In this document: piece by piece, positions 47,203 through 58,555 of the stretch
Layout of the letters: each line of letters starts with the position of its first letter
Position numbering within the stretch: position 1 is the stretch's first letter
Assembly (NCBI GenBank): GCA_002269645.1
Contig: NIVC01002471.1
Location: forward strand, 1-64,000
From: Macrostomum lignano
Lineage: Eukaryota
Direction of reading: 5' to 3'
Length of the DNA stretch: 64,000 nt
The notes under the pieces: model-generated
What the model was told of the DNA's origin: nothing
The model's database searches: none
Seen by the model: only the letters and a program-made list of their open reading frames with translations
Translations under genes and position numbers: made by a program

Positions 47203-49064
47203 TCACTCTTGGTCCGGGGCTCGGCGGCTGAGCAGCAGAAGGAAAGCCATGGCGGGCAGCCGCAGCAGCGAGTGCAGCTGAGTAGCCAGCAGCTGGCAGC
47301 AGCTCCTGGCCTGCCGCCGTCTCAGCGGTGCCTCCTCCGCAGTGCCGGCCGTCCCCAGCCTGACCAGCGGCCGTGATGGCGGACAGAATTTGCGGCGCAG
47401 AAGCTCGCAACCGAGCCAGGCGGCGCTGAGCTGCTGCCCATCCAGCCACTGGCAGGTGCGCCGGCCGCATGCGTCAGGGACTTGGCGGCATTGGAAGAAG
47501 CGGCCCCTGAGCGTCTCGGCAAATGCCCGGCCTGCGGAAAGGCAGCGCAGGTGGTCGCAGCGGCATCCGCGGCAGCCGCCGCCACTGCTGCCGTTGCCGC
47601 CGAGACTGTCGCCCCGTCCGCCACCATCGGCATCGCAGCCGAAAATGGCAACCACGCAGAACAGAATGCTAGGCGAAGTGGCAGCGCAGCTTAAGTTCTC
47701 GAGCACCAGCTGATGCCAGCCAGCCAGAGCGGCGCAGCAGGCTTCCGCCGAGTCTCGGCAAGGATCGAAGGCAATGATCGCGCAGCTAAGGTCAATCATG
47801 TAGTTGGCCAGGAGGCCTCGGTACCTGATAGTGAATAGTTGTTGGGTTCATTTTGTTTCGTTTAAATTCTCGCAGAGTATAAACTACGAACGTTCGGAAT
47901 CTTGATGAAGACATCTGAATCTGGATGACTCTACCTGAGCTTGATGAAGACATCTGAATCTGGATGACTCTATACCTGAGCTTGATGAAGACATCTGAAT
48001 CTGGATGACTCTACCTGAGCTAGATGAAGACATCTGAATCTGGATGACTCTATACCTGAGCTTGATGAAGACATCTGAATCTGGATGACTCTACCTGAGC
48101 TAGATGAAGACATCTGAATCTGGATGACTCTACCTGAGCTAGATGAAGACATCTGAATCTGGATGACTCTATACCTGAGCTTGATGAAGACATCTGAATC
48201 TGGATGACTCTACCTGAGCTAGATGAAGACATCTGGATCTGGATGACTCTACCTGATCTAGATGAAGACATCTGAATCTGGATGACTCTACCTGAGCTAG
48301 ATGAAGACATCTGAATCTGGATGACTCTATACCTGAGCTTGATGAAGACATCTGAATCTGGATGACTCTACCTGAGCTAGATGAAGACATCTGAATCTGG
48401 ATGACTCTACCTGAGCTAGATGAAGACATCTGAATCTGAATGACTCTATAACTGAGCTTGATGAAGACATCTGAATCTGGATGACTCTACCTGAGCTAGA
48501 TGAAGACATCTGAATCTGGATGACTCTATACCTGAGCTTGATGAAGACATCTGAATCTGGATGACTCTACCTGAGCTAGATGAAGACATCTGAATCTGAA
48601 TGACTCTATAACTGAGCTTGATGAAGACATCTGAATCTGGATGACTCTACCTGAGCTAGATGAAGACATCTGGATCTGGATGACTCTACCTGGGCTAGAT
48701 AAAGACATCTGAATCTTTTTCTTCGAAGTAAAATAGCAGAATTGAGCAGCAGTTCTCACCTCTCCTTGCCTGAAGTATCCCACACCTGCAGCATCACTGT
48801 GCTGCCTCCTTCCAACTCCATCTTAGCCAGGTTGAATGTCACACCGACAGTTCCCGCTTCCTGACTGTGGTCACCCGCCTCATCCGTGCCAGCGTCTTTC
48901 TCTCGATCGTCCTGGCCGCTCAGACCCGCCAGCGCGGTGTCCACAAGCCACGTCTTGCCGACGCCGCTGTCGCCAAGAACGACGCTCTTGAAGGTCCAGC
49001 GACGCTTCATATCGGCGGTTTCCTTTGGGGTCTCTAATTTCTGTTCCCCAGATGCGCTATACAT
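47203..49064 (-). CDS. Atypical Rab-like small GTPase, copy 2 (exons 49064-48760 and 47824-47203)
   Basis: Same motifs as copy 1; longer C-terminal frame (...AFAETLRGRFFQCRQ...WLGCELLRRKF...RRAPDQE*). Confidence 0.72.
47901..48715. repeat. 39/41-bp minisatellite, ~20 copies, in the Rab-like intron (copy 2)
   Basis: Same unit as 42128-42937. Confidence 0.95.
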
Positions 49065-49639
49065 GGCTTAGTTGTTTATCTACGCCTAACTCTTCAGATT
49101 TTAAATTAAGCGAGGAACGAATTAACAAAAGCTGCACACTTATCAATGCAACTCTTATCGGCCCCGGCCCGGCTCCAAAGTTGTCTGTGGCATTTTTTCA
49201 TCACATACGTTCAATCCAGCAACACCAACCAATATCATTTTATCTGCACCACGAAATCAGTATTCCATGCAGAGAATATGGGGTTTTAACTTTTTAATAT
49301 TACTTTTGTGGATTGCCATAGATGAAGGCTTGTGAGGCTGGGTTACTGGATTCGAGGGTTCAGTGCAGGCTGCTGGAATGCCAGAAAGCGCCCTCTGCTG
49401 TAATTTCAGTGCTGTCCAACCGCTATAACGCTAGAATGGGGCAATTAGCGGCTGCATAAGCGGCTTCGCAGACCAATGGAAAATGAATGCTAATAACGGA
49501 GAGAAAACTGTCCGAAAAGATGCGCGCAGAAGAATAAAATGAAGGTGCGTACAAATCTGAGACACATCCAGGCAGATCAGCCAGGCCCATCGGCTCATAG
49601 GGCTCTATAGCGGAAAGTTATCGGAGGCGAACTGTTACT

Positions 49640-52121
49640 ATGGACACGGAGCTACTAGCTGAGCGAGTCAACCGGGCCCTGCTGGTAGAGCCGCAGCGGC
49701 GGAACGAAGACGACATGCGGATGATCATGGCCTGGTTCAAAGACCTGTCCCGAGCAGAGGCGCAGCGGGGAAAAATGTGCGTGCTGGAGAGCTGGAGGAT
49801 AGTGAGTAGATGCTATTCGATGTTTTTTCTTCCTTGCGTGAAGGTAGCGGTGCTTCCTGTCTGGCTCTGATTTGGCGATTCTTTGATCCCGTTGTTGGTT
49901 ACAGGATATTAAATCTTGTTCTCTAGTATTGTAAAGTGCTATTCTGTTCGAGATATTTCAACCAAACGGAAGCACAGCTAGAAGTTCACAGACAAACTTC
50001 TCATCACAATAAATTTACTTCAATCTCAGCGTAGAAAAATATTTCAGATGGAGAAGGACTTGAGTAGATAAAAAATGACGTCATTCCAACTGAACTGCTT
50101 CAACTCCTTTAGTCTCGTCTGTCGTTCACTGAAACAAGTTTTTTATTTATCTGTGAAGACTTGTTCAGAGGCCTTTTTAATTTCTGAAGTACGACACAGA
50201 ACGGAATAGACATCCTCTGACCCACTGAGTTTTGCAACTGACAAAAAAGGAACTAGTCCATAAGGATTTTTCGTCATTTCTCATTTACAGACGTACTGAA
50301 GGAATTGGTCAAGTACTCAGTGCTAAAAACTCAGACCCGAGGTAAACTGCTCATTCGTCAGGGCGAGAACGGTGACTTCATGTACATCATCCTGCTGGGC
50401 GAGTGCGAGGTCCGCGTGTCCTCTTCAGAAGGGCCAGCCTGCAAGGAGGGTGACGTCATTCACGGAGGAGCCAAAGAGTTCGGTGACGCACTAGGCGTAT
50501 TGGTCGGCGTTGTCGGGCGTAAGTGCGTTTGACAAGCAGCGATATCAATTATTAACTATAGAGACTTTGCTCCCTTGATAGAAATATATAAAAGCTGGTT
50601 AAATACTCATTAAGCCGTTTTAATTCTTACTTTCTATTCACTTATTTTGTGCATTTCTGCATCTCATTCAGAAGGGGCCGTCATTGGAGAAGTCGCCCTC
50701 CTACGCAAGGTGGTGCGAACTGCAAATGTAATTGTCAGCTCGGACTCGTGCACCATGATCCGGATATCCAGGTCATTGTATCAGCGAACCCTGGAGAGCT
50801 CATTAGAAAAACTTGAGCAGGAGCGAGAATCATTTGCCAGTAGCTTTCACTTGGTGAGCAATTTCAATCCGAAGCTGAAGCAGCAGTTCATCCGAGCCCT
50901 GATGAAGCAGAAGTACAACAATAGTGACATTATTGTGCGTCAGGGTGACAAAATCGAGGACGTCTATTTCATTGTCAGGTAAAGCCGATTAAGCTGTCAT
51001 TTCTTGTCTCGTAGCCTGCACCCTAAGCCAGGATAGCTTTAATATAAGCTATAATTTTCCGAAGTTAAAGGGGGCAGAAAATTATGTGTTTCTGACCGGA
51101 CAATAAATCACTTATGGCGGGGGCCGGCAACTCTGGCCCGCGAAACCTCTCTATCCGGCCCTCGGGTCCATTAAAACTTCACAATAGCAATCCCGCCCGC
51201 TAAGGGTTTGTGTCTTCTCATATCTCTTCTCAGTTCTCTCCTCTCTACTCTCGCCTTTCTCTACTCTCATCTCTCATCTCTTCTCTCCTCTCCTCATATC
51301 TCTGCTGTCCTCTTTCCTCTCTCCTCTTGCCTCTCTTATCTCCTCTTATCTTCTCTCTCATTTCTTCTTTCATCGCATCTCTCATCTCGCCTCTCACCTT
51401 TCTGAGGCCCCTGCGGTTAAAACGTTAAACGTTAAAACGTCGGGCTCCGGACTTCGGCATATCCTGTAATATGAAGATGCTTGAGCTTGCGAGTTAGAAG
51501 AATTTGTAAAATAACTTTTAAAAGCTTCTCAATTCAATGGAAATTCGAGATTGACATTTCAACTGAAAATCCTACGAGTAAAGGAACAAAGCTTTGCAAA
51601 ACCCGGGTTTCAGCGGCGAGGTGCTGCTGTACGTGGATACCAGGAGGCTGGCGGGGCAGTACGAGCTTCATCTGCAGGCGAAGAATGTCTACTCGGTCCT
51701 GCCAAACAGTGGCGCCCCGAAGTTCGACAGGAAGTCAGCCGTAGGACCACGTCGCCGGCGACTGCAAACTTCCTCTGCTGGCTTCGGCTCGGGACCCCGG
51801 GTGATCTGGAGCTGCGTCAGCCGTCACGGCATGCTGGGTGACTTTGAAGTTCTCGCTCAACTGCCCAGCCGCATGGCTACGGCGGTGTCGCAGACGGAGG
51901 CGGTGCTGTTCCGAATGACGCTGTCCGAATTTCGCCGCCTGATACTGAGAGAGGGGCGCGAGACGGCCAAAATGGCCCGCCTGACCGCCAAGACGGCGTT
52001 GCAGTTTCGCAACGACATGCGCCGCGAAAAACTCGGACCCAGGGGGCTGGCGGGCAGCGAGGTCAACTTTGTAGACTATCTGATTCGGGCCATCGACCAG
52101 TCCGCCTTGCCAACTAGCTAA
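49640..52121 (+). CDS. Protein with two cyclic-nucleotide-binding (CNB) domains, CNBD1/CNBD2-like. Exons ~49640-49801, 50291-50519, 50671-50978, 51613-52121
   Basis: GKLLIRQGENGDFMYIILLGECEV...GAVIGEVALLRKVVRTANVI (CNB1 phosphate-binding cassette); DIIVRQGDKIEDVYFIV|SGEV...LGDFEVLAQLPSRMATAV (CNB2). Exon 1 has a 1-bp deletion relative to copy 1. Confidence 0.82.
51118..51413. mobile_element. Second, inverted and decayed copy of the 13183-13506 hAT family (CT-rich core)
   Basis: CGGGGGCCGGCAAC...GGCCCGCGAAACCTCTCTATCCGGCCC resembles the reverse complement of ~13443-13506; ends GGCCCCTG; no TSD found. Confidence 0.65.
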
Positions 52122-52962
52122 CAGAGAACCAGAACTACTGCCTAATAACAGTGATTTATTATCTTTTGCCAAATCTTTCTTGGTGGGGCACAATCTCCAT
52201 AGAGAAAAAGAGAATCTCTCCTTAAGGATTCAACCATTGGCACTTTTGCAAAGGTAACGCTGAAGCACATGTTCAACATTTTTTGTCTGTTTGTGTTACA
52301 ATAATTGATGGAAATATTCTATCCGTGCTGGGTGTTCCTTGCATCATTTCTCTTTTGAAAACCGGATAAAAAGGTTGCAAATAAGAGACGGTTGCTATTA
52401 AAATACAGTAGATTAGTGCGAAGAATGCATAGAAGCTGCAAGACCCGCTTCATTTTGAGTGGGCAAATCTCAAACGCTCTCTAGCATTGTCTGTTAAGCA
52501 TTGGAGATGCTCATTAGATAACACCACGACAGGCACTTCGAACTCTCAAAGCTCACTGAACCGGGTGAAGAATGCTTGGGGCAGACGCAGGCGCAGTTTA
52601 TGCAAAAAATTCTAAGACTCTCGGCGATTAGGAAAACCCAAAAGCTCCAACCAAGGCCTTCAAGCCCGCTAGCCTCTCAGCAGGGGGGATTTCTCGAGAT
52701 GCGTGAGCACAGAACACAAGGTCTCTAGCGCAGCCCTGCCTCATTTCTGTGCCATTGCTGCGCAGCATTCGCAGGTAGGTTAAAGAAAACAGGTTGATGC
52801 CTCTCAATTTCGCGAGACAGCAAAACGGTAAACTGTATTTCTATCATGCATCGTAGAGGTATTTTTGTGCCATAACAGTCGAAGCTAATCCTGGCATAGA
52901 AAGCATACGTTGGTTGCAACCCGTTCTGATAAACAAAGTGGCCTAGCTATCTCAGTTTATCC

Positions 52963-55900
52963 GATATGAAGTGTTGGAGATATGAAGTGTTTGAGATATG
53001 GAGATATAAAGTGTCGGGGGAGATATGAAGTGTCGGAGATATGGATTGTTTGAGATATGGAGTGTCGGAGATATGAAGTGATTGAGATATGGAGCGTCGG
53101 GAGAGATATGAAGTGTCGGAGATATGAAGTGTCGGAGATATGAAGTGTCGGAGATATGAAGTGTCGGAGATATGAAGTGTCTGAGATATGAAGTGTCGGC
53201 GGAGATATGAAGTGTCGGAGATATGAAGTGTCGGAGATATGAAGTATCGGAGATATGAAGTGTCGGGGGAGATATGAAGTGTCGGGAATATGAAGTGTCG
53301 GAGATATGAAGTGTCGGAGATATGAAGTGTCTGAGATATGAAGTGTCGGCGGAGATATGAAGTGTCGGAGATATGAAGTGTCGGGGGAGATATGAAGTGT
53401 CTGAGATATGGAGCGTCGGGAGAGATATGAAGTGTCGGAGATATGAAGTGTCGGAGATATGAAGTGTCGGAGATATGAAGTGTCGGAGATATGAAGTGTC
53501 GGAGATATGAAGTGTCGGAGATATGAAGTGTCGGAGAGATGAAGTGTCGGAGATATGAAGTGTCGGAGATATGAAGTGTCGGAGAGATGAAGTGTCGGAG
53601 AGATGAAGTGTCGGAGATATGAAGTGTCGGAGATATGAAGTGTCTGAGATATGAAGTGTCGGCGGAGATATGAAGTGTCGGAGATATGAAGTGTCGGAGA
53701 TATGAAGTATCGGAGATATGAAGTGTCGGGGGAGATATGAAGTGTCGGAGATATGAAGTGTCGGAGATATGAAGTGTCGGAGATATGAAGTGTCTGAGAT
53801 ATGAAGTGTCGGCGGAGATATGAAGTGTCGGAGATATGAAGTGTCGGGGGAGATATGAAGTGTCTGAGATATGGAGCGTCGGGAGAGATATGAAGTGTCG
53901 GAGATATGAAGTGTCGGAGATATGAAGTGTCGGAGATATGAAGTGTCGGAGATATGAAGTGTCGGAGATATGAAGTGTCGGAGATATGAAGTGTCGGAGA
54001 TATGAAGTGTCGGAGATATGAAGTGTCGGAGAGATGAAGTGTCGGAGATATGAAGTGTCGGAGATATGAAGTGTCGGAGATATGAAGTGTCTGAGATATG
54101 AAGTGTCGGCGGAGATATGAAGTGTCGGAGATATGAAGTGTCGGAGATATGAAGTGTCTGAGATATGAAGTGTCGGGGGAGATATGAAGTGTCTGAGATA
54201 TGGAGCGTCGGGAGAGATATGAAGTGTCGGAGATATGAAGTGTCGGGGAGATATGAAGTGTCGGAGATATGAAGTGTCGGAGAGATGAAGTGTCGGAGAT
54301 ATGAAGTGTCGGAGATATGAAGTGTCGGAGATATGAAGTGTCTGAGATATGAAGTGTCGGCGGAGATATGAAGTGTCGGAGATATGAAGTGTCGGAGATA
54401 TGAAGTGTCTGAGATATGAAGTGTCGGGGGAGATATGAAGTGTCTGAGATATGAAGTGTCGGCGGAGATATGAAGTGTCGGAGATATGAAGTGTCTGAGA
54501 TATGAAGAGTCGGCGGAGATATGAAGTGTCGGAGATATGAAGTGTCTGAGATATGAAGTGTCGGAGATATGAAGTGTCTGAGATATGAAGTGTCGGAGAT
54601 ATGAAGTGTCTGAGATATGAAGTGTCGGCGGAGATATGAAGTGTCGGAGATATGAAGTGTCGGGGGAGATATGAAGTGTCTGAGATATGGAGCGTCGGGA
54701 GAGATATGAAGTGTCGGAGATATGAAGTGTCGGGGAGATATGAAGTGTCGGAGATATGAAGTGTCGGAGATATGAAGTGTCGGAGATATGAAGTGTCGGA
54801 GATATGAAGTGTCTGAGATATGAAGTGTCGGGGGAGATATGAAGTGTCTGAGATATGAAGTGTCGGAGATATGAAGTGTCTGAGATATGAAGTGTCGGCG
54901 GAGATATGAAGTGTCGGAGATATGAAGTGTCGGGGGAGATATGAAGTGTCTGAGATATGGAGCGTCGGGAGAGATATGAAGTGTCGGAGATATGAAGTGT
55001 CGGGGAGATATGAAGTGTCGGAGATATGAAGTGTCGGAGATATGAAGTGTCGGAGATATGAAGTGTCGGAGATATGAAGTGTCTGAGATATGAAGTGTCG
55101 GGGGAGATATGAAGTGTCTGAGATATGGAGCGTCGGGAGAGATATGAAGTGTCGGAGATATGAAGTGTCGGGGAGATATGAAGTGTCGGAGATATGAAGT
55201 GTCGGAGAGATGAAGTGTCGGAGATATGAAGTGTCGGAGATATGAAGTGTCGGAGATATGAAGTGTCTGAGATATGAAGTATCGGCGGAGATATGAAGTG
55301 TCGGAGATATGAAGTGTCGGCGGAGATATGAAGTGTCGGAGATATGAAGTGTCGGAGATATGAAGTGTCTGAGATATGAAGTGTCGGGGGAGATACGAAG
55401 TGTCGGAGATATGAAGTATCGGAGATATGAAGTGTCGGGGAGATATGAAGTGTCGGAGATATGAAGTGTCGGAGAGATGAAGTGTCGGAGATATGAAGTG
55501 TCGGAGATATGAAGTGTCGGAGATATGAAGTGTCTGAGATATGAAGTGTCGGCGGAGATATGAAGTGTCGGAGATATGAAGTGTCGGCGGAGATATGAAG
55601 TGTCGGAGATATGAAGTGTCGGAGATATGAAGTGTCTGAGATATGAAGTGTCGGGGGAGATACGAAGTGTCGGAGATATGAAGTATCGGAGATATGAAGT
55701 GTCGGGGGAGATATGAAGTGTCGGAGATATGAAGTGTCTGAGATATGAAGTGTCGGAGATATGAAGTGTCTGAGATATGAAGTGTCGGAGATATGAAGTG
55801 TCGGAGATATGAAGTGTCGGAGATATGAAGTGTCTGAGATATGGAGCGTCGGGAGAGATATGAAGTGTCGGAGATATGAAGTGTCGGAGATATGAAGTGT

Positions 55901-56165
55901 CGGAGATATGAAGTGTTTGAGATATGAAGTGTCTGAGATGTGAAGTTTCGGAGATATGAAGTGTCTGAGATATGAAGTGTTTGAGATATGAAGTGTCGGA
56001 GATATGAAGTGTCGGAGATATGAAGTGTCGGAGATATGAAGTATCGGATATATGAAGTGTTTGAGATATGAATTGTCGGGGGGAGATATGAAGTTTCGGA
56101 GATATGAAGTGTCGGAGATATGAAGTGTCGGAGATATGAAGTGTCTGAGATATGAAGTGTCTGAG
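52963..56165. repeat. 3.2-kb satellite of a 16-bp unit (~190-200 copies) with recurring variants
   Basis: GGAGATATGAAGTGTC; variants TCTGAG, +GC, +GG/GGG, GAGAGATG and GGAGCGTCGGGAGA recur in blocks. Confidence 0.97.
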
Positions 56166-57065
56166 CTTTTTATTAACTGGAGAGTGCAGCGGCCTCAACC
56201 CCCTCACTTACCCATCGCCTTCGCTGATTGGCTGCTTCAGGCTTCAGACTGGGGATAAAACTAACTAGCTCATCACGTCGCCAACAACAGTCGATTTTCA
56301 GTGTAAATCTGTCACCTATTAAAGTTTGGTAGTAGCAGGCTTTTCTTTGAAAATCCCAACACAGTCCATGATGCATTTGAAATTGAATAATACCTGATTT
56401 TCTGATTTTTAATTAATCTACACAGACGCTGCTGCTGAGCACTGGTGAGCACGATTCGGTTTCAGTTGCTTAAACTTTCAAAGAACCTACCTACTCTGCC
56501 AAAAATGCTCAAAATAAAGTTTCAAAAGATTTATAAGAGGTTGAAGTGAGCATCCGCGGTTCCAGCTGCAGATAAGGCAAAGCGGAATAAATTTCTGAGC
56601 ACTCCATCATCCTGCACTGAGCCTGTTATCCAGTCTGCGCCACCAGCCTGTTTGATCTGCGGGGCGATGCAAAACCCCAAAGCCCGAACCGCAAGGATGT
56701 GGCGTGAGAGATTAAAATGGGAGATGTAGACATGAGCCTGCATGTCTGTTCGCACACGCAAAATTGGCCAGAGCTCGGTAAACACTTCTATTGGCTAAAG
56801 GGAAAGTCCAGAGCCGTAGTAGATGCTACTCTGGACAGTGGATGAACTACTATCATCCAGTGCAAGTTTGTATTCATGCAATGAGAAAATTGGTAGTATT
56901 TGTATTCTTAGATAGGTAGTATGCGCTATTATCTATAGATTCTCATGAGTGCTAAAAACGCAATTTGGAAGGCTTTACCTGACAACTACCTGATTACTTG
57001 AGGCAGCGGATATGTTTCTGGGGATACTAGGCTTGCGTCATTTTCAGGTAAGCGAAGCCACAGGA

Positions 57066-57374
57066 TGAACTGACCGGGCCTGGATTTGTGTTGAACTGAC
57101 CGGGCCTGGATTTGTGTTGAACTGAACGGGGCCTGGATTTGTGTTGAACTGACCGGGCCTGGATTTGTGTTGAACTGAACGGGGCCTGGATTTTTGTTGA
57201 ACTGAACGTGCCTGGATTTGTGTTGAACTGAACGGGGCCTGGATTTGTGTTGAACTGAACGGGGCCTGGATTTGTGTTGAACTGAACGGGGCCTGGATTT
57301 GTGTTGAACTGAACGGGGCCTTAGTTAATTAAGGTTGAACTGACCGGGCCCAAACTAATTAGGGTTGAACTGAC
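57066..57374. repeat. 26/27-bp minisatellite, ~10-11 copies
   Basis: GTTGAACTGAACGGGGCCTGGATTTGT; GGATTTGTGT at 57241 and 57268. Confidence 0.93.
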
Positions 57375-58555
57375 ATATTCTTACGAACTGACTTCTATTC
57401 CATGCGAATCGACTGTACCCACAGAAACCTGGCAAACGCTTGACTGGCCAATCAGCGCAAGCCACAGTCTCTGATACTCCCATTTACCTTACAGAAACTG
57501 TTTGCCTAGCTCTCATATTTTTGTATATTATCAGTCTTTTTTAAAGCAGTTGTAAATGCTGCTAGTGAAGAAGACCGGGGAGAGCCCACAAAGAGAGCTC
57601 TTGTTCTCAAGCACCCACCAAAGAAAACACTTCTCCACGATGGAGGTCCCACAAGGATGCTGGCGTTTGAATAGAATCTGCTGAGCACGGAAGCAGGAAG
57701 AAATTCTGCCCACAATCCAGCCACTTCAGATATTCGACGCTGAGCTGGATGCATAAATCCGGACTGGGTTCGAGCTGCTCAGCCAGGTCTGTTGAACCCA
57801 GCCCACAGACTTGCAGCCAGCCCTCTACGGGCTTCTTCGACGCTGACGATCGTACTTTTTGCCCAACTTTTCTCTCTTTACAGGAATCCTTCTGAGTCTC
57901 CTCTTTCTCCTTTCTTCTACTCGCAGACTTTCAATTCAGGCCGGCATTGTTTGATTCAGCCAGCCTCCCTCATCTCAGATCCTCTGCGGCTGAGGAAGTG
58001 GGCTTCCCTCATCCCGTAGCCCAGCTTGCCCCCAACTAACCCATCCGCCCCCACTCATATTCTCCTCCGCTTGCAGCTCTTCATCTCTCCCTCTTTCTCT
58101 GTGAAGCTGCGCTAATAGACTTCTTGCTGGGGCTGCAGACCCGCGCCAACTAATAGATGAAAATTAAAGTCTTATTTGGTTCGCTGTTGCTGCCATTAAC
58201 GAATTTAAAAATGAAATTAATTAACTGAGAATAGTCTGTTCTTAATTCGCTGTGTGTCATTGTACTCGTATTTCCATGCGCTCTTAGTCAAAATGAATAG
58301 CAGTTTTTCTTTATTTCTTTACCCTAACTTTACAACTAAAATCGCAAATCTGATATTGACTTACTCCAAACTTTCTGAGTAGTCGGTGCAATGAATGAAA
58401 CTCAGGCTGACTATTGAATGTATTGAACAGAAATACAGTTTTTCTCCCTCCATCCGGTACCTTGTTCAGCCTCAACACCTAATTAGCACCGGAATACCTG
58501 GATTGAGGAAGCCAAAATCGAGGTGCTCCCGCTCCCCTACGCTGCAGTGAAACTC

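Larger units (their letters stand above)
39596..51118. other. Near-identical tandem duplication of ~5.75 kb (39596-45334 and 45371-51118) across a 36-N gap
   Basis: Sequence after the gap restarts at the equivalent of 39596; sequence before the gap ends at the equivalent of 51118. The copies differ mainly by 1-bp indels. Confidence 0.95.

Noticed and set aside
52947-56207. 1086-aa ORF on the minus strand
   Set aside because: By-product of a stop-free 16-bp satellite (16-aa period = 3 units); no start context or domain.
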